Shown: positions 28,280 through 39,074, numbered from the stretch's first letter. The stretch: DNA of 64,000 nt from Elusimicrobiota bacterium (GCA_042563375.1 JBHPMF010000007.1:218-64217); one strand, 5' to 3'. Notes: generated by a model not told the origin, from the letters alone. Made by a program: numbers and translations.

Positions 28280-29719
28280 ATGGAAAAAACCATATTCGAA
28301 CTCAGCGCCGAAGGAAAGAGAGGGATACGTTTCCCTAAAGCAGACATTAAGCCTTCGGAAAAACTGCCGGAATCATATTTGCGCAGCAAAGCCCCCTCCT
28401 TGCCGCGAGTCACTGAGCCGGAAGTCGTGCGCCACTTTACGCGGCTGAGCCAAATGAATTTCTCGGTTGATACTCATTTTTACCCTCTCGGGTCGTGCAC
28501 TATGAAGCATAACCCGAAAGCCAATGAATGGCTTGCCAATCATCCCAATGTCGCGCGTATACACCCATTCACAAAACCATGGGCCATGCAAGGCATGCTT
28601 TCAATAATAAAAGAGCTCGAAGACAGCCTCCTTGAAGTGACCGGCATGGATGCGCTCACATTATCACCCGCAGCAGGAGCTCATTCGGAGCTCGCTGCTA
28701 TTTTTGTGGCCAGGTCCTATTTTCTCGACAAGGGCGATAACAGGACCAAGGTTATTATTCCTGACTCGGCCCACGGTACCAATCCCTCAAGCGCTGCGCT
28801 CGGCGGCTTTACAGTGACAAGCATCAAGTCCAATTCCCGCGGAAAAATCGACATAAACGAACTTTCAAAGAATCTTGACAGCCAAACCGCGGTTGTGATG
28901 ATCACGCTTCCCAACACGCTCGGCCTCTTTGAGGATGACATACTTGAGGTGAATAAGCTCGCTCACAAGCACGGCGCTCTTATATACCTGGACGGAGCCA
29001 ACATGAACGCTCTTATGGGAATACTTAAACCCGGCGAGCTTGGATTCGATCTTATGCATCTGAATCCCCATAAGACATTCTCAACGCCGCATGGCGGAGG
29101 CGGACCCGGAGCAGGGGTATTGCTTGTAAAGGAACACCTGCGAAGTTTCCTGCCGGGCGACAAGGTGACTGAAAAGAAAGGGGTATATGACGTTGCAAAG
29201 GCAGGCGGCAAATCCATAGGAAGAGTAAGAAGTTTCTTCGGCAGCGTAGCAGTGCTTTTGCGCGCAGCTAATTACATCCTCACGATGGGCTCTGATGGCC
29301 TGGCGCAAGTTTCGCGCGAAGCAATCATAAAAGCGAATTATTTGAAAGCCATGCTTAAAAAAGCAGGACTTACGCCTTTTATCGACGAGATTTGCATGCA
29401 TGAATGCGTGTTCACGATCGATCCCAGGGAGCTAAACGGAGTGAGGACGCTTGATATCGCCAAGCGCCTGCTTGATTTCGGGTTTCACGCTCCAACGGTC
29501 TACTTCCCCCTGATCGCACCGGAAGCGATAATGGTAGAGCCCACCGAGACCGAAACCTATGATACATTGGATGATTTCGCAAAAGCGATAGAAGCCATAC
29601 TTCATGAAGCAAAAACAGAGCCTGACAGGATAAAGACCTCCCCCCACAGCCTTCCTGTAAAAAGATTGAATGAAGTCCAAGCCGCAAGAAATCCGATCTT
29701 GAGAGCTGTTGGCTGGTAG
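28280..29719 (+). CDS. gcvPB: Glycine dehydrogenase subunit 2
   Basis: MEKTIFELS, RHFTRLS..NFS.D..FYPLGSCTMK.NPK, SAHGTNP, HKTFSTPHGGGGPG. Confidence 0.95.
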   Translation: MEKTIFELSAEGKRGIRFPKADIKPSEKLPESYLRSKAPSLPRVTEPEVVRHFTRLSQMNFSVDTHFYPLGSCTMKHNPKANEWLANHPNVARIHPFTKPWAMQGMLSIIKELEDSLLEVTGMDALTLSPAAGAHSELAAIFVARSYFLDKGDNRTKVIIPDSAHGTNPSSAALGGFTVTSIKSNSRGKIDINELSKNLDSQTAVVMITLPNTLGLFEDDILEVNKLAHKHGALIYLDGANMNALMGILKPGELGFDLMHLNPHKTFSTPHGGGGPGAGVLLVKEHLRSFLPGDKVTEKKGVYDVAKAGGKSIGRVRSFFGSVAVLLRAANYILTMGSDGLAQVSREAIIKANYLKAMLKKAGLTPFIDEICMHECVFTIDPRELNGVRTLDIAKRLLDFGFHAPTVYFPLIAPEAIMVEPTETETYDTLDDFAKAIEAILHEAKTEPDRIKTSPHSLPVKRLNEVQAARNPILRAVGW

Positions 29720-29748
29720 CTGCTTGTTGTCAGTAATATAAAAAATCC

Positions 29749-29830
29749 GGTTCTTTCGTAAAAACGTTGTATATATGCCTGAGACCTGCCTGACTTACCT
29801 CTCCCTTGAGGGGAGAGGAGAAAGAGGGGG
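29749..29830. mobile_element. Partial copy of the 10931-11164 MITE
   Basis: GGTTCTTTCGTAAA TIR plus CCTCTCCCTTGAGGGGAGAGG (29798-29818). Confidence 0.5.
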
Positions 29831-29992
29831 CGAGCGCTGTCTAACAACCATCAATTTATAACTTCATTAAAGCCTATAATAAAAGAACTGTTATCTGATA
29901 GTTGTTGATTACTCAATGCTGGTCTGAAAAATATTTTTCTTACTAACAACCAATATCCAACAACTAACAACTTTCTTTATCGGAGGTGTATT

Positions 29993-30223
29993 ATGATCGC
30001 ATTTGTTTTGATTAAGCTTGCCGCTGGATTGGAGCAAAAGGTCCTGGGACAGATAAGACAGGTCAAAGGAATCAAAGAAGTCTATCTGACATTCGGCGGA
30101 TGGGACGCCATCATCATGGCTGAAGCCGATACCCTGGATAAGCTTGTAAGCCTTGTTGTCAGGGAGATCCGCGCTATACACGGAGTCCAAACAACAGAGA
30201 CCCTGGTAACGACAAATCTATAG
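29993..30223 (+). CDS. Lrp/AsnC ligand-binding domain protein
   Basis: AFVLIK...G.E..V...I..V.GI.EVY..FG.WD.I...IR.I.GV..TETL; GGAGG RBS. Confidence 0.85.
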   Translation: MIAFVLIKLAAGLEQKVLGQIRQVKGIKEVYLTFGGWDAIIMAEADTLDKLVSLVVREIRAIHGVQTTETLVTTNL

Positions 30224-30265
30224 GAAAAGCATACAACAGCCGGTAGGCAGCATACAGGGAAAAAT

Positions 30266-30829
30266 ATGGAAGAATCAAAAGACCGCCCTGTCCCGATCTA
30301 CACAAGAACAGGCGATAACGGCACAACAGGTACGCTCACAGGTAAGCGCGTGCCAAAGCAAGGCAAGATCATCGAAGCGATAGGCTCCACGGACGAGGCA
30401 GCGTCCATACTCGCTTTAGCGCGCACCCTGCTGCTAAAAGAGAAATATCCGAAAGAAGCGGCTCAAGTGCAGAGAATACTGTTCGCCCTTCACGAAATTG
30501 GAACTCTCATGGCTCTGGAAGGTCAATCCACAGACAATACCCTTGGCAGCATGACAAAAGACATGGAGAAATTCATCGACAACGCCCAAAAAGGGCTGCC
30601 GCCTCTTAAACATTTCATTATTCCGGGAAATTCTCCGGCTCCATGCGCAATCAATCACGCAAGGAGCATCGTGCGCAGAATGGAACGCAGGATCGTGGAG
30701 GCCTTGGGCGATGCGCACAGCGCTCAAGATGCCCTGATGTTCGCCAACCGCCTTTCCGACTACCTGTTCATTCTCACCCGCTGGATCATGCATAAGAAGA
30801 AGGAAAAAGAAATCATCCTGAAAAAATGA
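30266..30829 (+). CDS. pduO: PduO-type ATP:cob(I)alamin adenosyltransferase
   Basis: IYTRTGD.GTT, EAIG..DEA, FIIPG, ARSIVRR.ER, NRLSDYLF. Confidence 0.9.
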   Translation: MEESKDRPVPIYTRTGDNGTTGTLTGKRVPKQGKIIEAIGSTDEAASILALARTLLLKEKYPKEAAQVQRILFALHEIGTLMALEGQSTDNTLGSMTKDMEKFIDNAQKGLPPLKHFIIPGNSPAPCAINHARSIVRRMERRIVEALGDAHSAQDALMFANRLSDYLFILTRWIMHKKKEKEIILKK

Positions 30830-32466
30830 AGGTGAACCGCTTATCTATTCATGCATTCTTCCTGTCTGCTGCCTACTGCCTACTGTCTACTTTTCTATAT
30901 GCGCAAAAGCCTATTGTTAAAACAACACCGGATTTAAAAAAGATACCCTTCTCGATAAAATACGCGTCAGGCAAAAAGACCCGCAATTTCTGGGCATATA
31001 AGGACGGCAGCACGGTTTACCTGCCCATCTCGGAGCTGGCATCTATCGTCCACGGCACGATCCATTGGTATTGGAGAAGCAACTCAGCGACCATTAAGCT
31101 CAAACATAAGAGTTCGGCTGAATTCGTGAAAGACGCCAAATATATTTACGCTGGTCCAAAAAGAATAAGCCTTGAACACCCCGTGAAGGCGCTCGCGGAT
31201 AAAAGCAACCTTCTGCTCCCCATTAAAAGTCTTGAACAAGAATGGGCGGAGGATCTGTTCCTGTATCGCTTTGACATTAATGACGATAATCTGACGGTCG
31301 AGCGTATACTCGATATCAAAGCCCCTGTAATAACCAAAAACAATGAATTCTTCCATATAACGCTTGACCTGCCTTCCGCGTTAACCGACTATGAGATCAC
31401 TTTCTTTCCTGGAATCGAACCTAAAAAACAGCCAAGGCTTACGGTCCTGTTCCCCAATGGCAGGATTCCCGAAACACCTGATAGTCCTTATAAGTCCCTG
31501 CCATATAAGATCAAGAGAGACCGGATCGAGAAGACAGCGGATCTTTCATTCGAACTTCCTCCCAATACCACTATTGATGACATCAGCGCGAAACTTGAGA
31601 CATGGCCCGCTAAAAGACTCAATATCGTCATTTCCAGGCCTCAGCCGCCGAAAGAAGCTCCGATCATAGAGCCGAAGCCCCCAATACCACCGGAAAAAAC
31701 AGCTAAAGTCACAAAGCCTAAAGCAATGCTGAAACTCAAAAAGAAAAAGAGGATAAAAAAGCCTGCGAGAGAGAGCGCGCGCGCCCGGATCGGATCAGCA
31801 GCCATCATCATAGATGCCGGGCACGGAGGCATTGACGGCGGCACAGTGGGAAAAAGGAAAACTCTTGAAAAAAACGTGACTCTCGCCATAGCCGGCAAAT
31901 TAAAGAAGATCCTCGGAAAAAAACTGCCCAAGCGCAAGATCGTAATGACCAGAAGCACTGACAAGTATATCAGCCTTGAGAAGCGCATCAGGATCGCCAA
32001 AAAAAGCAATCCTGTGCTCTTCATCTCGATCCACGCCAACTCAACCAAAGGAAGGCATCGCGGAGGTTTTGAGATCTACATTCCTTCAGAAATAGCCCTT
32101 GACCCCAAAACAGCGAGGCTCGCCTTGGTCGAGAACGGCGCCATTAAGAAAAAACGCAGGCAGCACAAGAAAACCAAGTTAAAAAAACTGATTGTAAGCG
32201 AGTCGGGGCGGCTTGCGCGCAATCTGTCAACGCAGCTCCACAATAAAATCGAAAGTAAAATAAGGAATCGCGGCATAAAACGCGGTGATTTCTTCGTGCT
32301 CAGAGAGGCCAATGCTCCGGCTGTGATCATTGAAACCGGTTTTTTAAGCTACAAGAAAGATGAGGCTCTGCTTCGCAATGATAAATTCCAGGATAAATAC
32401 GCTGAGGCGCTTGCCCAGGGGATCGTCAGTTACCTGAAAGGCCAGGCAAGGCAAGCGAAAAAGTAG
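30826..32466 (+). CDS. N-acetylmuramoyl-L-alanine amidase (Amidase_3)
   Basis: IIIDAGHGG.D.G, EK, MTR..D..I.L..R, FISIHAN, FFVLR....PA.IIETGF. Confidence 0.9.
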   Translation: MKVNRLSIHAFFLSAAYCLLSTFLYAQKPIVKTTPDLKKIPFSIKYASGKKTRNFWAYKDGSTVYLPISELASIVHGTIHWYWRSNSATIKLKHKSSAEFVKDAKYIYAGPKRISLEHPVKALADKSNLLLPIKSLEQEWAEDLFLYRFDINDDNLTVERILDIKAPVITKNNEFFHITLDLPSALTDYEITFFPGIEPKKQPRLTVLFPNGRIPETPDSPYKSLPYKIKRDRIEKTADLSFELPPNTTIDDISAKLETWPAKRLNIVISRPQPPKEAPIIEPKPPIPPEKTAKVTKPKAMLKLKKKKRIKKPARESARARIGSAAIIIDAGHGGIDGGTVGKRKTLEKNVTLAIAGKLKKILGKKLPKRKIVMTRSTDKYISLEKRIRIAKKSNPVLFISIHANSTKGRHRGGFEIYIPSEIALDPKTARLALVENGAIKKKRRQHKKTKLKKLIVSESGRLARNLSTQLHNKIESKIRNRGIKRGDFFVLREANAPAVIIETGFLSYKKDEALLRNDKFQDKYAEALAQGIVSYLKGQARQAKK

Positions 32467-32518
32467 ACAGCATACGGTAGTCAGTATATAGGTAGCGGAA
32501 AGCAGAGAATAAGCCTCT

Positions 32519-33706
32519 TTATTTCTTCTTATCGGAGACTCTTTTCTTGGGGTAGAATGTAAACCTGAAATTCAGATGCCCCAAAACATCATATCCCCTT
32601 GAATATTTAAGATAAGCCAGATCAAAATTAGCATGAAGAAAGCTGCCAACCTGCGCGTTCACCAGGAATGGCTTTGATTTGGCATTTCTCGGTTCGATCA
32701 TCTCAATAAAAAAAGCAAGCTTGCGAGACACATTCAATTTCAGGCTGTAGAATATGCCGACATTGGACTCTGACTCTTTTGAAAGGAATTCCGTCAAGTA
32801 AATGATCTTTGAAGGAGAACTTCCGCGCATAAGCCCGACGCTCGGTTTTAAGAACCAGAACTTCTTGCTTGCCACGCAAAAAAGACTGTTAAACGGCCTG
32901 GAACTTTCCTTTCCAACTTTAAATTGAAATGTGGGATTGGAGAGACCCGGGGCTTTTGTGTCTCTGAGCATATAAGAACCGTCTCCTCCGATCGCGAGCT
33001 GAGGAATGAATCTGCGCTCTTTCTCGAGTATTATCTTGCCCTCAAGCTGGATAAACCACACGCCGACACGCGTGAAAAGACTTTTTCTCCTGTTTGTTAT
33101 TTCCGAAAGCCTGTTATAGCTGTATAAGCGGCCGATATAATAACTTGTGACGATGTCTATATTCATGGGGAATAACGTCCCATACTCGCTATACGGCGAA
33201 TCGTATATAGGCACCCTGCGATACGCGGACGGCGTAAGCATGACACCGGAAAAAGGCATCTCAGCCACTTTCCACTTCTGCCAGTAAGGCTCGGAATACG
33301 CTATTACATCGCCATTGCGGTTTACAGCGCGTACATGGTAATAAAAAGTCTGCCCTGTCTCGGTTTTTGTGAAGTAATCCTTATGCCAATCATGGTAATA
33401 CGGATACTTGACAGACTGAGAGCTGGCCTCAATGGCATGCTCCCTGGGAATACTGGACCGGATAACAAGATAATGCTCGATCTTGCGCTTGAGCTTTCTT
33501 TGAGCGTCAAAGCGCAGTACAATGCCGCGGACAATGCCCTCTGCGGTCATTTCGAACGTCGCCGTTGGCGTCGCGCCGAATAATTGTGTCTGCGCGACAA
33601 AAACCAACAATAGCACACCAAGTACTAATTTTGAATTTTGCCCAGCTTTTACCGGACTGCTTCGCTGAATTTTGAATTTTGAATTGATGTAAAGACTTAT
33701 CTTCAT
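32519..33706 (-). CDS. Hypothetical exported protein (FN3-like region plus probable beta-barrel)
   Basis: Signal peptide, FYYHVRAVN, amphipathic C-terminal strands; no firm family. Confidence 0.6.
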   Translation of the reverse strand: MKISLYINSKFKIQRSSPVKAGQNSKLVLGVLLLVFVAQTQLFGATPTATFEMTAEGIVRGIVLRFDAQRKLKRKIEHYLVIRSSIPREHAIEASSQSVKYPYYHDWHKDYFTKTETGQTFYYHVRAVNRNGDVIAYSEPYWQKWKVAEMPFSGVMLTPSAYRRVPIYDSPYSEYGTLFPMNIDIVTSYYIGRLYSYNRLSEITNRRKSLFTRVGVWFIQLEGKIILEKERRFIPQLAIGGDGSYMLRDTKAPGLSNPTFQFKVGKESSRPFNSLFCVASKKFWFLKPSVGLMRGSSPSKIIYLTEFLSKESESNVGIFYSLKLNVSRKLAFFIEMIEPRNAKSKPFLVNAQVGSFLHANFDLAYLKYSRGYDVLGHLNFRFTFYPKKRVSDKKK

Positions 33707-33729
33707 ATTCTTTAATTAAAAATTAAGAA

Positions 33730-34302
33730 TTAAAAATTTAAAATTGACCGCGACCCTATGATTATGAGAGCGGCCAAGATTCCGCTTGCCACATCATCGA
33801 GTACGCACCCGAATCCATATGGTAATTCTTCCAGCTTCCTTATAAAGGATAATTTTATTACATCAAAAATACGAAACAGGATAAAAGCCGCTGCCAATAC
33901 TGTCAGGTCCGCGGGCAATACAAACACAACAGCCCACAGATAACCGATAAATTCATCTATCACGATGCGTGAGTCATCTTTTCTGTTGTAATATTTTTCA
34001 GCTTTGAAAGCTATCAAAACAGATACGGCGGTAGCAGCCAGCAGGCAGACAATCAGCGGGCATAGATGGACATTCGGGATAAATCCGGAAAACACCAGCG
34101 CTACAACGAATCCGCCGGCGGTTCCCACAAGCCCACAGCCCTTCCATCTGTCAGCCCCGGGAAACAATTTTTCAATCGATTTAAGTGCGCTTGATTTTTT
34201 CGTCACGTTATACACGACATGGCTCAACCAGAACCCGCTGGCTAAGAATGCCGCGAAAGATAGGATGGTTTTATTTTTTACTGACAACTGATCACTGGTC
34301 AC
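33730..34302 (-). CDS. pgpA: Phosphatidylglycerophosphatase A
   Basis: KDDSRIVIDEFIG, AFILFRIFDVIK, G.GCVLDDVASG; GTG start overlapping pgsA stop (GTGA). Confidence 0.88.
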   Translation of the reverse strand: MTSDQLSVKNKTILSFAAFLASGFWLSHVVYNVTKKSSALKSIEKLFPGADRWKGCGLVGTAGGFVVALVFSGFIPNVHLCPLIVCLLAATAVSVLIAFKAEKYYNRKDDSRIVIDEFIGYLWAVVFVLPADLTVLAAAFILFRIFDVIKLSFIRKLEELPYGFGCVLDDVASGILAALIIIGSRSILNF

Positions 34303-34889
34303 TGATTGTTTTTCTTGCTGTTCCACGCTACTGATAAAGATTTGCTGTGTTGAAGCATGTATGATATGCCCGTCACAACACTGACAAGGGTTACGATCCA
34401 TAAGAATGCAGATGGCCAGCATTTAAGACCTATTGATCCTATATTCATCTTATCAAGCCATATACCGAATGTAACCAAAATAACGAAAATCACCTGAAGG
34501 GCGGATTTGAATTTCGAATATTTTTCACTCATTAAGAGTTTGCCATGAACAGTCAAAACGATTATTCTTAATCCCGTAACCACAAGTTCGCGCGCAAGTA
34601 TCAGGATTATCGCCAAAGATGCCAAAAACATGTCAACAACCAGCGATATGGCAAAGAACGCGGAGATAGCGAATATCTTGTCAGCTATGGGATCGAATGA
34701 TATGCCGAATGTTGTTACCCTGTTTTGCCTGCGCGCCAGATAACCATCGAGCATGTCTGTTATCGACGAAAACAGCGCAACAAGAAAAGCCGCGGCGATG
34801 AACGCAGGCTCATCCTGAACAACTGCGAGTACGAAAACCGGGGCTAGGCATGCCCGGCTGACAGTCAGGTGGTTGGGCAGAATACGCAT
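34299..34889 (-). CDS. pgsA: CDP-diacylglycerol--glycerol-3-phosphate 3-phosphatidyltransferase
   Basis: LPNHLTVSR, TDMLDGYLARR..VTTFG...DPIADK, RELVVTGLR. Confidence 0.9.
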   Translation of the reverse strand: MRILPNHLTVSRACLAPVFVLAVVQDEPAFIAAAFLVALFSSITDMLDGYLARRQNRVTTFGISFDPIADKIFAISAFFAISLVVDMFLASLAIILILARELVVTGLRIIVLTVHGKLLMSEKYSKFKSALQVIFVILVTFGIWLDKMNIGSIGLKCWPSAFLWIVTLVSVVTGISYMLQHSKSLSVAWNSKKNNQ

Positions 34890-34894
34890 CCGGC

Positions 34895-35737
34895 TTACTC
34901 TTTGAACATGTCCGCCGAGATATGAACTTCCAGCGGACTTTTCCCAAGATCGTTCTTGCTGAATTTCCACACTTCGTCATTCACCTTAAGCTCAAAACTC
35001 CTTGGATTGCCTATCTTTAACTTGGCTATATCGGAATATTCAAGAGTCCTTTTTTGTTCCGCGGGCAGGATGCCCTGGAATGAAAGGCGGCCGTCGATCT
35101 CGATCTGCAGCCAGCTGGGCTCTTTTTTCGTGGAAACCTCCAGCACGATCCTGTTGCTTGCGACAAAACCCTTTCTTGCTTCCAATATATTGATGGCTCC
35201 GGTCGTCTGTTTATGCGGATAATTAAGAAGCTTTGAGAAATCAAAACTTTTCTCAGGCGAAGAGTTGTAGGCGCGATAACTCACGTAAGAATAAATTCCA
35301 AAAAAAATGCCCAGGCTCGCGGCCGGCAGTACCAAAAACGCCCATATCCAATTATGGCGCTCACTGATCCATAGGGCGAATTGGCCCCAGGCTCTCATGA
35401 ACAATCCATGATCATCCCGCTGCGAGCCATCGGACCCGGCGTGATTATCACTGTTTTCCCGCGTTATGGCGTCCCCGGGCGCAGAAGCGATCAAGCCCCT
35501 GACGCTGTCCCAAAGGCCGGCCGAAGCGCCAATACCAAGATATCTGGCGTAGCTCAACAGAAAGCCGCGCAAATAAATTTTTGCCGGAAAAACATCATAG
35601 GACCCGTCCTCGAGAGCTTTAACATATTTCATGGGGATCTTCGTATCTTCACAGACCTTCTCCAGAGACAATCCTTTTTCTACACGCCGTTTCCTGATTA
35701 TCTCATATGCTTTTACGTCTTTTTGCTCATCCGACAT
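34895..35737 (-). CDS. rodZ: RodZ-like cytoskeletal protein (HTH-TM-DUF4115)
   Basis: R..KGLSLE.V...TKI...Y..ALE.G, YLRGFL.SYA.YLG, TM, SWLQI..DG, L.IGNP. Confidence 0.82.
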   Translation of the reverse strand: MSDEQKDVKAYEIIRKRRVEKGLSLEKVCEDTKIPMKYVKALEDGSYDVFPAKIYLRGFLLSYARYLGIGASAGLWDSVRGLIASAPGDAITRENSDNHAGSDGSQRDDHGLFMRAWGQFALWISERHNWIWAFLVLPAASLGIFFGIYSYVSYRAYNSSPEKSFDFSKLLNYPHKQTTGAINILEARKGFVASNRIVLEVSTKKEPSWLQIEIDGRLSFQGILPAEQKRTLEYSDIAKLKIGNPRSFELKVNDEVWKFSKNDLGKSPLEVHISADMFKE

Positions 35738-35738
35738 G

Positions 35739-36500
35739 TTATTTATCCCTTAAATCCACTATCAAAGTGTCTTTTGGAAAATTCCTGCTGAACACGCTGT
35801 CATTAAAATCAGTGTTTAGTTTTAATCCTGAGATCGTAACTGTTATCTGAAGATTTTCAGCAAACAATTTTAGCCCTCGCGGCTCGCCGCCGGGAAACCC
35901 GAACTCAAATTCAAATGAATAGGAACCGCTGCCTGCTTTTGGAGTTGCGATAAGCTTTATCGAACTCTCACGCGAATCTTTTAACTTGCCCTTCTTCTCG
36001 GCATCGCTGCCTTTTCCCGCCGAACGCTTTCCGTCCTTGGCAGAGCCGCCTGCGGGCAAAGAGAAATCAAAGCGCTCCCGAATCTTCCAGATATCGTTTA
36101 TTACCGGCAGATTCATAAACGCCATGGTATGCTTTTCGCTGAAATCCTGCAGCTTCTGGATCACTACCTGGTCAAGCATAACATCATAAAAATAGATAAC
36201 GTCTTTATCAAGAAACACTTTAGCTTTCGCTCCGCCCTTATAATCAATGCGCGCAAGATCGCGCTTTTTATCCAGATATACTTTGCCCGAGATCTTCTCT
36301 TTTTCATTGGTGGGCAAAAGAACGATCTCCTCCTCAAAACGCAGCTGCGCGCGCTCGATCGAATCTTCGAAAGCCTTTACTCTCTCAAGAACAGTGGTAG
36401 TGGTAACATCTACGGCATAGAGATAAGGCACTGAGCCACTAAGGCACTGAGCCACTAAGGCACTGAACAAAATAAGGAAAAATGCTTTATTTCTTCTCAT
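35739..36500 (-). CDS. lolA: Outer-membrane lipoprotein carrier LolA-like protein
   Basis: Signal peptide, SGKVY...RIDY, YFYD..LDQV, C-terminal N...DSVF...P; ftsK-lolA-rodZ synteny. Confidence 0.7.
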   Translation of the reverse strand: MRRNKAFFLILFSALVAQCLSGSVPYLYAVDVTTTTVLERVKAFEDSIERAQLRFEEEIVLLPTNEKEKISGKVYLDKKRDLARIDYKGGAKAKVFLDKDVIYFYDVMLDQVVIQKLQDFSEKHTMAFMNLPVINDIWKIRERFDFSLPAGGSAKDGKRSAGKGSDAEKKGKLKDSRESSIKLIATPKAGSGSYSFEFEFGFPGGEPRGLKLFAENLQITVTISGLKLNTDFNDSVFSRNFPKDTLIVDLRDK

Positions 36501-36564
36501 TTAATTTCATCTTTTTTCTTAATTTCCCCACTTAGTGCCTTTGTGGCTCAGTGGCTTTGTGCCT
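36427..36564. repeat. GTG(C/G)CT(T/C)A octamer-periodic inverted repeat spanning lolA start
   Basis: AGGCACTGAGCCACTAAGGCACTGAGCCACTAAGGCACT ... AGTGCCTTTGTGGCTCAGTGGCTTTGTGCCT; family also at 53379-53414. Confidence 0.75.
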
Positions 36565-36566
36565 AC

Positions 36567-38813
36567 TTATTTCTTCGTAAGGTAGTCTTCCAATTTATCA
36601 TAGCGAATCTCCCACCTGTTAGTGCCCTCGGGTTTGAATATGAATCCTCCGACCTCCAGCCTTGAAAGAATGTCCGTGGCTCTGGCAGATGACCCGAAAT
36701 TCGCTTTAAGAAGATCCTGAGAAACTCTCTTTCTCTCTTTTATAAGCACAAGAGCCTTTGCCAAAGGATCATCACCTTTGTCGGCAAATTTATTCAATGC
36801 AGCGCTGTCTGATAAGCTGACTCCGAGCATATCCGCAAGACCTCGCTCCGGCTTGCCCTGCTGCGCCCAGAATTTCGTAACAGCACTGATCTCATCGTCG
36901 CTGACAAAACACCCCTGAAGCCTTACGGGTCTGGGAGCTCCGCTCGCAAGATAAAGCATATCTCCTGACCCAAGCAGATATTCAGCCCCCTGGCTGTCTA
37001 ATATAACGCGTGAATCGATTTTTGACACGACTTGAAGCGCTACTCTGGCAGGGAGATTGCCCTTTATAACCCCTGTAATGACATCCACACTGGGCCTCTG
37101 TGTGGATAGAATAAGATGTATCCCCACAGCCCTTGCCATTTGAGCGAGTCTTTGGATCGTGGCTTCCACTTCCCTTCCGGCTATAAGCATCAGATCAGCG
37201 AGCTCATCTATGATGACCACGAGATAAGGCTCTGGCTGCTCGCCATTGGAAACAGCGCTGTCATTGTATGCCTCGATATTACGAGCCCCTAATTTCGCGA
37301 ACTTCTCATATCTTGCTTCCATGATGCGAAGCATGGCTAAAAGCGCCAAAGACGCGTCCCGCGGGTCCACTATCACCCTTGGATCCCCATTGATATCTCT
37401 CGGATTGAATAAGTGCCCTATTGTGCCATAGAAAGACAATTCAAGACGCTTTGGATCGATCATCACGAACCTTAATTCATCAGGAGTCTTTTTGTAAAGC
37501 AATGATGATATCATTGAATGTATGAGCACGCTTTTACCTGAATTCGTGGCTCCTGCCACAAGGATATGCGGCATCTCAGTGAGATCAGCTACAACAGGCG
37601 TGCCATCAGCGGCCCTGCCAAAAGCCATTGGAAGTTTGGGTCTCTTGTGAGTATTAAATTCATTACTCTCGATAATCTCGCGTAAACACACAAGCCTGGG
37701 CTCAAGATTAGGCACTTCAAGACCGATCACGCCTTTGCCGGCTATGGGACCCAGAACGCGTACTGCTGCCACCTTAAGAGCCAGGGCAATGTCATTGGCC
37801 AAAGTCGATATCTCGCTTGTCTTAACGCCGGGATGCGGCACCAGATCATACCTGGTCACAACAGGACCAGGCACAACCCCGGCAAGCTCTACTTTTACAT
37901 TAAAATTATTCAAGGCATTGACAAGGTCGCGCCCCCGTCCCAAGGCCACGCTCTCCTCACGGGAAGCCCCGTCTTTATTACTGCTATCCTTATTCACAGC
38001 CAGAAGTTCCCTAGACGGCAACTGCCACTTGCGCGAAGAACCATTTTTGGCATCACGCTTGGATTTTATCGGCCCTGATTGCGCTTCTGATCCGCCCTGA
38101 GAGCTCTCTTTGATCATCTTGGCAACAGCGCTCCTGCGGGCTTCCAATTCAGCATTCACATCCTCTTTCCTGTCATCCTGCACAACAATGGGCTCTACGC
38201 GCTTGATAACAGTGACAGCAGGAGTGTTTTTAGCTTCAACCACGCTGCGGTCCAAAGCAGCCTGCTTTGAGCGCGCCTGCATCTGCTTGACCCATTCAAG
38301 CCACTCTTCCCTGATCATCCCATACGCCTTTACCGCTAATTCAAGCCACCGGATGCCAAAAGCAAAATGCATCCATACCAGAGCCAATGCGAGCGATAAT
38401 GCGAACGATCCGAAAGCGCCCATCCCGAGCCTCATGTGCCTGATAAATCCTGTTGCTGCAGATCCCACAACATCTCCCTGCGAAAAGAACATGTTGCCCC
38501 ACAAAAGATAAAGCGCGAAAAATCCGCCGAATGGGATGATGCCCGCGCTATACGCAAGAGAAACAGGCGAGATATTGCTTTTAAGAGACCTGATGAGGTT
38601 AATAGCGCAATAGACCAGAACCGCAGGAAATATGAACACCGGCCAGCCAAGAGCTCCGATCAGCCAATGCTTTAATCCGAATCCGGCAAGCCCGAAACTG
38701 CGTGGGATTATCAGGATAAGCGCTATTACGGCGGATGTAAAGATAAGGAATACGCTTAAGAATTTATTCAGCCGCTTCTTTTGTACGCGGCTTGTTCGGT
38801 TTTTATTTCGCAT
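36567..38813 (-). CDS. ftsK: DNA translocase FtsK
   Basis: N-terminal TMs, GPVVTRY, MPHILVAGAT.SGKSV, MIDPK.LEL, IIDELADLM, RLAQMARAVGIHLI..TQRPSVDVITG. Confidence 0.95.
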   Translation of the reverse strand: MRNKNRTSRVQKKRLNKFLSVFLIFTSAVIALILIIPRSFGLAGFGLKHWLIGALGWPVFIFPAVLVYCAINLIRSLKSNISPVSLAYSAGIIPFGGFFALYLLWGNMFFSQGDVVGSAATGFIRHMRLGMGAFGSFALSLALALVWMHFAFGIRWLELAVKAYGMIREEWLEWVKQMQARSKQAALDRSVVEAKNTPAVTVIKRVEPIVVQDDRKEDVNAELEARRSAVAKMIKESSQGGSEAQSGPIKSKRDAKNGSSRKWQLPSRELLAVNKDSSNKDGASREESVALGRGRDLVNALNNFNVKVELAGVVPGPVVTRYDLVPHPGVKTSEISTLANDIALALKVAAVRVLGPIAGKGVIGLEVPNLEPRLVCLREIIESNEFNTHKRPKLPMAFGRAADGTPVVADLTEMPHILVAGATNSGKSVLIHSMISSLLYKKTPDELRFVMIDPKRLELSFYGTIGHLFNPRDINGDPRVIVDPRDASLALLAMLRIMEARYEKFAKLGARNIEAYNDSAVSNGEQPEPYLVVIIDELADLMLIAGREVEATIQRLAQMARAVGIHLILSTQRPSVDVITGVIKGNLPARVALQVVSKIDSRVILDSQGAEYLLGSGDMLYLASGAPRPVRLQGCFVSDDEISAVTKFWAQQGKPERGLADMLGVSLSDSAALNKFADKGDDPLAKALVLIKERKRVSQDLLKANFGSSARATDILSRLEVGGFIFKPEGTNRWEIRYDKLEDYLTKK

Positions 38814-39043
38814 GCAATATTTGCCAACTTACCAATACTAACGCGGTAACCGAACTCAGAAGGCTCAATCGCGATCTTGCCATTGGCAACAAGCCATCCC
38901 AGGGCAAGAAATATCTTGCTTGCTGAAAGCTCAAGCTTGAGCTTAAGATGCATCACCTCTTCGCTGTGTGAAGGATCATTGCCAGCAGTTTCCTGCAAGG
39001 CTTGTATTATGCGATTAGCGTTGTGCTTTATTTCTTCGTGCAT
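38768..39043 (-). CDS. Small winged-helix protein (DUF2582-like)
   Basis: I..NA..I...L...LK..L......LALGWL...GKI pattern. Confidence 0.65.
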   Translation of the reverse strand: MHEEIKHNANRIIQALQETAGNDPSHSEEVMHLKLKLELSASKIFLALGWLVANGKIAIEPSEFGYRVSIGKLANIACEIKTEQAAYKRSG

Positions 39044-39074
39044 AAATGAAAGCAGACGGTTTACCGCTTCACAC

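Noticed and set aside
26328-29719. Absence of gcvT from the gcv cluster
   Set aside because: Split gcv loci are common and the rest of the genome is not visible.
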